Translations under genes and position numbers: made by a program
Shown here: piece by piece, positions 22,261-33,634 of the stretch
How the letters are laid out: each line of letters opens with the position of its first letter
How positions within the stretch are numbered: position 1 is the stretch's first letter
Source of the DNA: Eutreptiella sp. 'Long Island Sound 2002'
Lineage: Eukaryota; Protista; Euglenida
DNA: 64,000 nucleotides
Direction: 5' to 3'
Assembly: GCA_964036045.1 (NCBI GenBank)
Contig: OZ038378.1
Coordinates: forward strand, 9,052,001 to 9,116,000
Notes under the pieces: generated by a model
The model's input: only the letters and a program-made list of their open reading frames with translations
Told to the model about the DNA's origin: nothing
The model's database searches: none

Positions 22261-25200
22261 TTTTAAAACATGTCAACACCTCTGCGAGTCCTTAAGGGTT
22301 CAAGTATGCACACAGTGATATGTACAGGGGGTGGTTGGGGCTGGGCGGGGCCGCAGATGATCCCTAGGGGTCGTCATGGGGCTGTGCCGGCCGGCTGGGC
22401 ACCCTGCGCGTCTACCTGTGCCTGTCCTTGGATACAGTAAGGCCAATTCGCGTCGTGTACAGGGAAGAAACAGGCAGGAGCTGGGCGCTTCCTGATGTTA
22501 CTGGCTGTCACCCTACCAGGGCCACTGGACCTCTGGCGTCAGTGGGCGTGACTGAAAACAAGCAAGGAAAGGGGGGCTGTCGCCAGCCGGGCGACGCGTG
22601 TAAGCATCGGCGAGAGGGGGTGCCCAGGGGGGTGGAGGATAAGGGTGGGGGGTGAAGGGCCCGGGAACACAGCGGACAGAAGCCGACGGCAGAAACACAG
22701 GCAGGTGCTTGGTCTGGCGAATGAAGGTCATCACGGCGCCTGATATAATGTACACGGCCCTGGTGGCCAGCGAGCAATTAGATTAGGCCGCTCGTGATGA
22801 CGAAGCTGGAGTTCCGTTCATTCCGGGGACCTGGGGAGCAGAGTCGGGGGCGAAGGGGGGCATAAGGGCAAGAGACAAGGACGGATGGTTATACGAAACA
22901 CCAATTCGGGAAGCAGGGGCGCTAGCCAAGCAGTACTGACGAGGTAGAGAGGTGGAATGGCAATGCCGCGGAGCTGATGACCGTGGACGGTTCTGCGATG
23001 CACCATACGAGAGTGGGGGCGAGCCCAGGGCCGGATATAAGCCTGCGATGTGAGAAGGGTCCTGTGAGACGCGGGAAGTGTGTCACCGGTTGCCAGGGCG
23101 AAGGAAGGAGGTAACCGAGGAAAGGCGGCGGGACTCCTTTTTACTTTTTCGTGGAGGGGAACTGTGTCCTGGACACGTGGGAGCATTTCGCTTTGTGCCC
23201 CGGCGCGCGGGGGCTTTGAGGGTGACTGACGTTGGGACTGGGGGGGGGGGGGCCGATATAAGTGCTGGGGTGTGGGGGGGGGACCATCCGAGGTGCTGTA
23301 TGGGCCTTGGGACACAAAAAAGGGGTTGGCCCCTAGGGGTGGGGGTAAGGGCTCGGGGAGGGGGTGGTCGCGGCGTGCAGTGCAAACTGCTTTGACTATA
23401 GAAGGGAGGCGAGAGCGACGAGGTGGAAGAGCCTCCCGGAGGACTGACTTCTGTGATGGATGTGGGTCCAGCTGTTTGTAAAGTGTCAACGGGACTAAGG
23501 TGCGCGCAAAATTCCGTGGCTCCCCTTTAGTGCGCACTCGGTCCTGAAGCCAGGAGTGCACCACGGGCGCCAGCGCAAATCCCCACGCGTCAGCCATTTG
23601 ATGGAGGAAGGGACGGAAGATGGCGCAAAAGGCGACACAGGATGGGAGATCTAGAGGGTGAACGTCGTCGCAGTGGGGGCATTGGCGGCCAGGCAGTTCC
23701 CAGTAGGGCGCAGAGCCCTTAGAACCTTTTACTCCCATGACCCACTTGTCCGCGAATGCGCTGAACCAGCTGTAATGAGACGACCAGTCGAAGCTCAGGG
23801 GCGTTGCAATGGCCGTGTGTTGGTGGCGGGGGTACAGGCGCCGCCTTGCCGCGCCGCTGAATTTATGGTGCCACGGGTTTCCTTGGAAGGTGACCGAGTA
23901 CCGTGCCGGCGGCCGGCGGTGAGTAAGGGCGACACGACACGCATATGCGGTGTATTTCGCGAAGCTGTCTGCGACTTCGTTGCCCGGAAAGCCCACGTGG
24001 GACTTAAGCCAACCCGCCCCGATGGTGAATGTGGCATGAGAGATGAGACTGCAGATAACTGTCTGCCAGGTGCCCTGGGACGAAGCAGAGGGCGGGGGGT
24101 ACGCTGTGCCCGACAGAAACCAGTCAACGCAATCAACGAGCTGAGAACTATCAATACAGAAGAATGCCTTACCACGAAACTGAACTGATTCTAAATAACG
24201 GACACACTGAACGAATGACCAGAACTCAGAGTCGCGACTGCCGAGGTAGGGGCACGGAATCGAAAGGACTAGCACTGTGCCTTCTGTCCACACGAGGACG
24301 GCGGCAGAGCCAGAGAGCGGGTTGTCCCAGGAGCCATCCAAATAGATCCAAAGCCACTCACGTGCAGTTGGGTGGGAAAGGGCCTGAGTGATGCTGGAGC
24401 ACCCCCATGACTGCAGGGCAGGTACCTGAGGCGGTTCAATTTCCTCTGGGTAGCGGAACAAGTGTCCATACTCATTGGTTTCAATCGGAACTGAAGAGTA
24501 GGGGACGGCGTAGGGTGGCAGGGGGAGGGGGGGACGCAGAAGTGAGGGGGCAAGCGCGCGATGCTTGGGCGGGTCCGGCTACACTGGGTAGAGCTGGGGG
24601 GGGGGGGGTGAGTGGTAAAATTGTGCCGTTTGTCCTGAATGTGGAAGAGGGTGTTGTCTACATCGAATTTAATCAGGGCCGCGGAGTCAGGGGCAGAGTA
24701 GGATATAACTGTTCCTGAGAACCAGCCAGAGATGAACTCTACGTGGACACGCTCCTCAGGGAGTAGCCGCTCAACGGGGCATGGGTTCCATTCCCCAAAA
24801 CCGTGGCATCTCCCCCCTAGGGCATATACCGAGTCGACAAAGGCGTTTTGTAGCCAATTCGCTTTTCGGGCCTTTAGTGCCTCGGGAACGTACATGGAGC
24901 ATTGGGGCGGGCCATCACAGTTCAGGTACCTCATGGAGTAATTGAATATTTGGGACCGCATGAAGGTCTGGAAGGGCATCAGCGAAAAGCAGCCCTGGGG
25001 CCTGCCGGAGTGCCGGTCCTTTTGTGAGAGATGGTGGGGAAGTCGGCCATATCGGGCGACACCGTGCCATATGGATTGCTGTATTTTGTGCAGTTGTGCA
25101 TCAGTGACCGGTCCTGCCATTAAGCGGTACGCGAGGACAGGGATAAGCTGTTTATTGACTAGACTGATGAGCTCAGTGGCAGTGAGTTGAAGCGGGGCCA

Positions 25201-25835
25201 GCCGAACAAAAAAAGCATTGATTTCCGTGTGGACAAAGTCCATCACTTTACTGTGGAAGTCTGATGTGTAAAAAAAGACGCCGAGGTATTTGTAGCAGGA
25301 CCTTGGCTGTCCGCGGGAGTCGAGTGTGGATATTTTGCCGCCGTGTCTTGAAACGATTTCGGCGTGACCAGAGCCTCGCAGAGCATGAAGCTCGGTTTTG
25401 TCGACATTCATGTCGAGACCCAGAGAGCGTGCGGGGCCGTCGAATGCTTCAAAAACCGTGCGCACATCTTGAAGGGAGCGGGCGCGAAAAAGAATGTCGT
25501 CTATGAAAGCATGTATGCTCCGCTCGATGTTCCACTCCATTTTGGAGTCCAAATAGAAGAACATCATGTTTACGTAGAGGTTAAAAAGGAGGGGGCTGAG
25601 AGGGCACCCCTGTCTGACTCCTCTGCGCTGTGCATGACCGGCTGTGGGGACGCCCTCCACTATGGGTTGCTCATACGCGTGCGTGTAGAGACGTTGAATA
25701 GAAGAAATGAGGTCCCGTGGAAGTGAGTAGCCGTGTAACGTTTTCCACAAAGCCTCCAACGGCACCGAGTTGAAGGCTTTGTTAAAATCGATGTAAAGGT
25801 GATAAAGCCTACCCTTCGTCAAAAGCATGCGGGCC
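22261..25835 (-). mobile_element. 5'-truncated non-LTR retrotransposon (LINE) encoding RT, RNase H and a C-terminal CCHC-like zinc finger, with a 15-bp TSD
   Basis: AACTCTGTAGTTATT at 22246-22260 and 25836-25850; RT motifs YIDFNKAFNSV, RRGVRQGCPLSPLLF, FIDD, YKYLG (ORF 24269-25837); RNase H YLDGS...DSE...CIDS...KSHVGFPGNEVAD and CPHCDDVH (ORF 22818-24461); frameshifts at poly-G tracts; short A-rich 3' end. Confidence 0.93.
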
Positions 25836-27299
25836 AACTCTGTAGTTATTGTGAGTTTCCTTTGTTGTTACACGATCTCCTTTGACTGCAGCCCTTCATG
25901 TTGTGGATTTGATCCTGTGGTCCCATGCTTGCACTGTGTGTACTTATATTTCTGGTTGATTTCATCAAAACATATTTATTTGGAAAACCTGAACTACATC
26001 ACGAAGCAGCAGGAGCGGAGCAACCAGAGGCACAAACAAAACAATATCATCAAAGCAATCAACAGTGACAGCCTGTTCTAACTTTCTCTCCAGCGTCGCC
26101 CTCGACGGGATCTCAGCCGCCAGTGTCGCCGCCGGAGGAATCCGCGTTTCCAGCGTCGCTGCCGGGAGAGCCTTGGCCCCAGGCTTCGCCACTGGGCGAC
26201 ACAGTGCCTGTGCCAATCGCTAAGCGCTGTCGCAGGCCTAAGTATAAGTCAGCGCGACGAGTGGTCGCTCAATGATGGTGCTCATTATGTTTGTGAAGCA
26301 TCCATAGTCTCTGTTTTTTGCATCTCTGTGTTTTACAGGGGCCGTCAGGTTTTGGGAGCTCATTTTTTCTGCTGAAGTGTTCATTCTGTAGCAGGTTGCG
26401 CACTTGTTTACTCTGCACTTGGGGTAGGTTGCACAACTTGAGCTAGTTCCGTCCCAGGTTTAGGTACGTCGCACAGGGTGTGCCTGTTCACTCGGGCGCG
26501 TTTGTTATACTTGATAGTTCACTCTTTGCTCTTGGCACATCGCATAGCACTGCACTAGTTCCCTCAGCATCTCAGGCACCTTGTACACTCCGGTCGTTCA
26601 CTATGTGGTTGCTGGTAGGTTGCACAGTGAGTGCTTGTTCACTCGACACCACTGGCACCTTCACGTCGCTTACATTTTTCGCGCTTGCTCAGCATGGTTC
26701 ACACCCGCTGTGTGGTGGTAGCATATTTTCATTTTTTATAAGAAAAAGATAGTCCTAGGTGCAGTTTCTGCAGTTTGTGGCAGCACCTTGGGGCAGTGGA
26801 GCACACAAATCAGTGCCACCACAGGGGTGAGTAGCCCTGCTCATGAGCCCCCTGCGGCAGATCGAGGGATTTAGATCAAGGTCTTCAGTTGGTTTCATTG
26901 CGCTACGGGCTTGGGATGCCTGTTGTTCTCTCCTAGAGCACTCTACCAAAGCCGTTGCAAACCCTGGCTTTTATTTAAATGGGGGCCCCATCGGAGCGTG
27001 AGCGCATGTCGTTAGTATTGTAAATACATCGTTGGATGCGCATACGATGCACTGGTTTACTGTCATTTGGTGCAAATCTGTCACAAATCATGATGTTTTG
27101 TGATGTACCTGTTGTGTTCCTCGGATTCAACTCTGTCGTTGCTCGGTGCTGGCCTTACGGCAATTGTTAGTTCTGGCCAGCACAAAAGTGCTGCCTTAAC
27201 ACTAAAATGAAGCATCTGCGGCGCAGAAATTACGGTAGCTACCACCGCTTGATTGGGGTGGGCGTTGTCTTCGAAATAGTGGAGTTGCCGTAGCTTCCG

Positions 27300-28577
27300 A
27301 CTCGCATCCATTTCAGTAATAGGATGTAATCTAACACTATTAACACTTGTTGGCAAGAGTTTTCAGACGACCGGCCAGCATTGACAAACCGAGAACACGC
27401 GCATACCACCATGAACAAGATAAGGGCGCGCGCACAAACAACAAGCTTGATTTGAACCAAAAATGTCAAATCCTCTATCTTGTCGATTATAGATGGTATC
27501 AATTCAGAACTTTCCTAGAATTATACCCGAAATTTGTGACATCGCTGAAGTGTGGGATAGGGTGCAGCCAAATGGGATCCGAACCGGCTTCACTCCGCCA
27601 GCTTCATTCGGTGGTACTTGTGCTTCAAATTGAGCACGCCGAACACTCATTTCTCGACTTGTGCCTGCAAAATAACGTTGATCAAGGGGATCTCATACCG
27701 ATCCATCTCCGTCATGGAAGTTAGTGGTCTAAAGTCGACCACAAGGCGCCACGATCCTTTAGCCTTTTTGGAGACGATAAAGGTTGGAGACCCCCATTCG
27801 CATTGGAATGGGCTATCCAGCCACATTCCAGAAACCGGTCGATGATGGCTTTCAAGGTCCCGAGCTTGTCGCCAATTGGGGCGAAATTCCTTTGACATAA
27901 GGTTTATTGTCTTTGACCAACTTGATGAAAGCTTCATCCAATGCACCGTGTTCCATTCTAGGGGGATTTTTTTGCAGGCGTGCCGCCAATCACATCCCCG
28001 AAATCAGCTTGCACCATTTGTACCAATGTTGAGAGAGCCGAATCTGCCTTTGCCTTGGACGAGGCTTGAGTAGACACCTGAACCACCGAGGCAATACCTG
28101 GCTAGAGGATGGAATGCTCAATCCCTTCCGTTTGGTCGTTCACAAACACGATGATCCACGTGTTACACCATGCAAGGTCTCTCAGCAAGCGTGGGTGGTG
28201 CTGAGCTCAGTGCCAATTGTTCGGTACATAGAGGTGCGGATTCCTCCCGGCCTTACAATTCAGGTCCTGCTGAGATGAGGCGGTAATCACAGAGGGTTCG
28301 ACAGACTCGGTCAGTTTTTGAGGCGGTGAAGTACATCCAATGGGCTCTTCAGAACAACTCAAATACGCGGCTGAAGCCTCACCACATTTATTGACGGCTT
28401 GATCCAGAGTCAACCTAGAGTGGGTTCCAATGTCATGTGGGGGGGGGGGGGGGGATGATGATGTTGCATTTTCGGGATATGAAGTTGATGATTGGTCAGA
28501 GTTGCCAATTTCCAAACTCAAGGGAGCTCGATCGACCGACTTTAGAATTTCTGTCACTAATGGTGATGATGGGGACA

Positions 28578-28616
<39 letters not shown>

Positions 28617-29170
28617 ATTTTGATTGTTTCTCCGATGATTCACCCATCGGATATGAAATCCATGTCGTTCACGGGTTGTTGGAAACTGTGGCGTCCTAAT
28701 TACCCGAATCTTGAGTTTCTTATACAACCATGCGTTCTAACCATGAGGGTGGACTCGGAGGAGCAGGGCATAACAGAAATCAAAAAATTGACATTGGCGT
28801 GAGTGCGCGCTGATGGCTTCCACGCTGAGAGCGACGTGCGCGCTGACCAACACGCCATAAACCTGCGTAGTTTGGAAACGGTCATATGTTGGTTTCAAAG
28901 TCGTCCGGTGGACTCCATGTTTGAGGTTGAATGCAGCAAGTGATTGGTTGGCGACTACGGAGTTGCCTATCAAGGAGAGCCGTGAACGGTGAATGGTGAA
29001 TGACGGATCCTGAATGGTGAATGGCGGTGAATACAAACGTTTTGTCCTCTTTTGGGTGTTCAAAAATGCATGTGACACCCGAAAACGTTGAAAAGTGCAG
29101 TACGCTCGGATTTGACGTCGTCCTACTGCTATTACATGTGACAGATGTGTTGCAGACACTTCTCTGGACA
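27300..29170 (-). pseudogene. Heavily decayed Ty3/gypsy pol fragment (RT N-terminal half with an upstream Ser-rich linker)
   Basis: LKAIIDRFLECGWI / EWGSPTFIVSKKAKGSWRLVVDFRPL / DRYEIPLI / VFGVLNLKH across frames at 27580-27900; poly-Ser from (GAT)n at about 28565-28612. Confidence 0.8.
28565..28612 (+). repeat. (GAT)n microsatellite
   Basis: Directly visible trinucleotide run. Confidence 0.95.
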
Positions 29171-32100
29171 ATCTTCCGTTTTGTCAAGAGAGCTTTCATC
29201 AACGTCGAAAAAAACAAGCAGAGGCTACAGAGTGGACGACCTTTCAGCCCGTAGGACTTCGTTTAGTTTTTCACGGAGGCATGTGATAGACACCATCATT
29301 TTGGCAGGCTTCCGAAGATATGGCATCCCTCCATATTCTCCTCAACAATTCTTGCAACACCTCAATCCTACCCGTCTGCGGCAAGAAAATCACGTTGATA
29401 CACAGCAATTGGTTGCCGCACGACCACAACCTACCTCCCTTGTTCTCTAGAATAACGCAGCCCGAACCATCGTTGATGCATGTGTACCAACAAATGGTCG
29501 GGCAATCAATCCGGCAACATCTCACGGCCTAGACCCTTCGCCTTGGCGGTTTTCACGCATTAGATGCCGACTTAGAGGCGGCATGTTTGCATCAGGTTGC
29601 CAAAGCTCGGCCAAAACGAGCATCCAAATGTGGGCAAATGTGCATGGCAACTCAACCTCGCCCCAAGCTTCAGGGTATTGGGTGCCCACCAAAACCAGTT
29701 GCAGCACCATTTGTACACCAAAAACATGCACAACCTGCTGCACCACGCTCCATGCAGTCGGAATTGCCAAACTCACAGCAAAAAAGCCGTGTTTGGTGCA
29801 AAACGCCTTCTGTGCTGCAGCCCTTGCTGAGTCATCCGATCAAGCAGATGACTTCGATTTGTATATTTTGTATGACAGTCATATCTGAGATTGCTGTTGC
29901 TCCTTATTCAGCGATACCCATTTGTGTTTGTGAACATCAATAGACAAAATTTCACAGCTTGATTTCAGTTGGTGCTGCAAAAATGTACTCGTGCCCCTGT
30001 TTCGTTGAATAGTGTGCATGCTTAAAGTAGTGTCAGCATGTGTAAAATCTTGACCAGAATTCATCAAAAATTGCTCTTCACAATTTGGATGTTTATGCAT
30101 GGCCTACCTGCTTTTGTGAGCAAAAACGAGGTTCGCCTCCTCATCTAAACCCAACCAAAAACACATTTGCCAAACGAAAATCAATTGAAGCAGTGCATAT
30201 TGGGCCAAGCTAGTACTTTTTTTGCACAATTGGTAGAATCTTTTAATTTGTCGCCAAAGTACAGAAATTGAAAACCGACCTCGGCAACGCTTGTGTACAT
30301 GTACCTGCCCGAAAAATACATATACATATCAGCAAAAAGACCACACAAAAAGATTTACAACATTAATCACCCCTCCAGCAAGCATTTGGTTGAAAAGAAA
30401 CAGAATATGAAGCAAAAATTCATTTTTTGTGTGTACAGAAACTGGTGATTTTACCTTAATGCATGTCGCGTACCATTGTCGTCTCGATACACCACTCATA
30501 CCTTCACTCCCTCACTCCTACTTGGTACTGTTGTGTCGCAGTCATAGGCTGCCATTGGAGCCACCGCGAAAAAGCCCAAAACCGGTACTTGACAAAGATT
30601 CCCTCATCGCGTGGATGGAAGATCGGAGACTTCAAAGCAAGTGTTTTGCTACACCGCGCGCCTCGTTTCACGAAGCACAAATTGGGCTCGTTGTGCGCCT
30701 CATTAGTGCCAAGCACCACCCCCTCCGTGCGCCTCGTTAGCCCCCCCCCCCCCCCGCCAGGTTTGTGCCAGACCTCCGTGTGCATACATTTTTCTGTTTG
30801 AGTTCTTGTGGAAAAACGCAACAGACTTATGCCACCTGAAGATGAATCCTGCTGTGGCGCTTCATATCAGCTCCCTAATCATACATCACCTCGCGACCCA
30901 CAGATTCTACCGTACCCCGTCTCCAAATGCTCAGGCAACTGTTGGACAAGAAATGTTGCCAAATTTCGAAGCGGGTTTATTTCGTACAGCAACCTGAAAG
31001 TTGTGTTAGAAATTTCGCACCAATTTGAAACACGAAATATCCCACAGAGAAAAACTCCCACCGCGAACCCCCCCCCCCCCCCCGCCCCGCTGCAGCGGAC
31101 GTGACACGAAGTGAGGATGATCTGCCTCTGAGACCAGGCAGTGGGCAACCCAGTTTTAGTGCCAGTTTGTGAGGCACTTTGTGCAGCTTTCCAGGCTTGT
31201 GAGCCAGTTTCTCAACCAGTCTGTGAGCCCGTTTGAGAGTCAGTCTGCGAGCAATTTTGTGAGCCAGTTTGTGAGCTGTAGGCCCATTAGTAAACCCCGT
31301 TGTTTGAGCTAGCTGACAAAAAACAATAACCGGACAAAAAATGGGACACAAGGAGAAGGCATCAAAGATGGCAGGCACAGGATATGAACTGGAAAGGACC
31401 TGGGGGAGTTGAAATCCCTCAGTCACAATTGTCTCTATTGCGCCAAACCCACTCTGTTGCCCAAAACATGAGAATTGTGCCACTCAGAACTCATGAGAGC
31501 ATGGTGTGTTTGCTTAGGCTTCAAAAACACCAGCGACTGCGCAGGGCAGCACTGGGTCATTAAATGCAATACAAACATGGAGCTGCATGGCAGGCAGTAG
31601 GGAGTGTGTTGAGAAAGCATTCGAGATGATTCATAAAACAGCTTCCACAGATCAGTATATACGAATGCCCCTGTGGGACGAAGCGTTGAAGGCAGAAGAA
31701 GAGGAGAGGAAGGAAGGGTGCTCTCCGCTTCCTCATTACTCCCAACTTGGCGACGAGGTCCGTGGCAAAATTGAATGGTGATTTGCCAGTTTCACATCCA
31801 AGAAAGTGCGCCGTTTCGTGGGTTTCACAACGGGCAGACAATGGAATGCCAAGGCAGGCGATTTTGGTATGGTAATATGTAACACAACGGGGATCAAAAC
31901 AAATTCTGCTCGCGAAAATATATGTCCAGCACAAGGATTCAGTCCACACGGAGTGCCCATGCACCTGCGTACATCTAAAGCAAAGGTCATGGTAGAACAC
32001 CCAGGCACCAGCGTAACATTATAAATCCCTTCCAGCTAAATGGGTCCTGGCGCCCAGAACAGGTTTGTGTTCCTACTTCAGCCCCACCAGGGATTCGATC

Positions 32101-33137
32101 TTGGTTGGGCATGAGGCGCTATGACAGCTGAACCATGTGGCCCAAGGCCTGAAGCTGTTGCCAGCCCTCCTTCCTCCTCTCACCGAGTTTGTGTTAGAAA
32201 AAAACGGGCCCCAGGATAAATGCCTTCTGAACAGAACAGAACTTCCTGTTGCTCATCACCTGTGAAAGCAAGGTGGCACCAAAAGCGATGGGCCCGCTCC
32301 GGTGGTCTGATTCAGCCTGCGATATAAGAGATAGGGGGGACAATAGTTCGTGAGATAGATCACGTCCTCGTCGTCACAGGGACAGCAAATGCTATGTCCA
32401 GCACTGTGTCCACGAATTCAGGGAGGGGTGCGTTAGTGGCCGTCAAAATAGCCGGAGGTACTAGTGACGACTGCATGCCTCAGCTCAGAATAGGGATGCA
32501 TATTAAAGATCATAGCCTGGTGCAGCCGGCAGCCACCCAAACTGCGGGAGCTGGTGAATGAAAGAATTGATGCATACCTGAGCGCGAGCATGTGTGCTGA
32601 GTCTGTGTAGGTGGGTAGGGAGTGCAACATATAGATTTCACAAAGTAGAATCTATGAGAACGAACGTGGAAGATGCGCACCAAAGACTCCTGATATCATG
32701 TCAAATCAGCTCCCAATTAAAAGTGAATGATCATGCTACCAAGCTACCGAGTGTACAATAGAGTAGCAGGGGATTTCAAAACTGCCTCAGCAACAATCAT
32801 CAGTGTCCCTGGACGTCACATTTTCCTGGGGGTATTTCGTGTATGATGGCCACATGCACCACCTCTCTATGGTCCTTAAACAATCAAGAGCAGCCGACAA
32901 TACATGCCACAGCCCAAAGTCCTGCCAATATCCCACAAATATGACGTACGACAGCCCTGATATGCGAACACCAAGACCCAAACACTGCTTTACACAGCCC
33001 CCCTCCAGACTACAGTGCAAATCACATGCCCCCATATGCATGAACGCGGCCCCATACGGGGGCCATTAAGTGTCTCAACTGGCCTGCACCCTCCCTCCCT
33101 TCCCCTGTGCTGGGTTATGTGCGGGGTCTGGTTGTGG

Positions 33138-33366
33138 CAGGGCGGTCTTTAACGAAAGGAAAAAAAAAAAGAAGTGTTCCTGTACCCCGGTTTCCCAAAA
33201 ATGCCCACGGGCACACCATGTGTTGGCGGTTGGCGGTTGGCGGTTGGCGACTGGCGGTCGTTGGCGGTTGGCGGCGGTTGGTGGTTGGCGGTTGATGGTC
33301 CCTTGGGGCGGTCCTTAAGGGCAGTCCTTAACAAAAACAAAATCTCGGTCCCAAAGGACCGCCCTG
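33138..33366. mobile_element. 229-bp MITE-like element (hAT-like ends) with an internal (TTGGCGG)n array
   Basis: Terminal inverted repeats CAGGGCGGTCTTT / AAAGGACCGCCCTG; flanks GGTTGTGG and TGTTGTGC (6 of 8 identical, a decayed 8-bp TSD); heptamer array at about 33222-33295. Confidence 0.7.
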
Positions 33367-33634
33367 TGTTGTGCCCACCAGTCGGGGGCAGGCCGTGTGG
33401 GCGTCGCCCGGAGTCTGTGCCCTGACCTCACGAACTACATGAGTTACCAACACCTGACACATCACTCCAACCTGGGGCCTCCCAAAGCCCTTTGTATATC
33501 ACCATCAAGAAACTACATCCAGCATGGCCCTGCATACATACTACTGGATTATGCTATCCCACCAGTCAGGTCCCTGCCATTGTGGAGCACAATCTTGACA
33601 ACCCGTGACTGAGCGTGGGCACCACCGTGGAACA

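Noticed and set aside
26060-26275. Pro/Ser-rich ORF end or ATL-repeat ORF
   Set aside because: Open in several frames because of short GC-rich repeats; no start, splice sites or domain.
32048-32066. tRNA-Lys-like PBS (TGGCGCCCAGAACAGG)
   Set aside because: Imperfect match with no adjacent LTR end or downstream gag.
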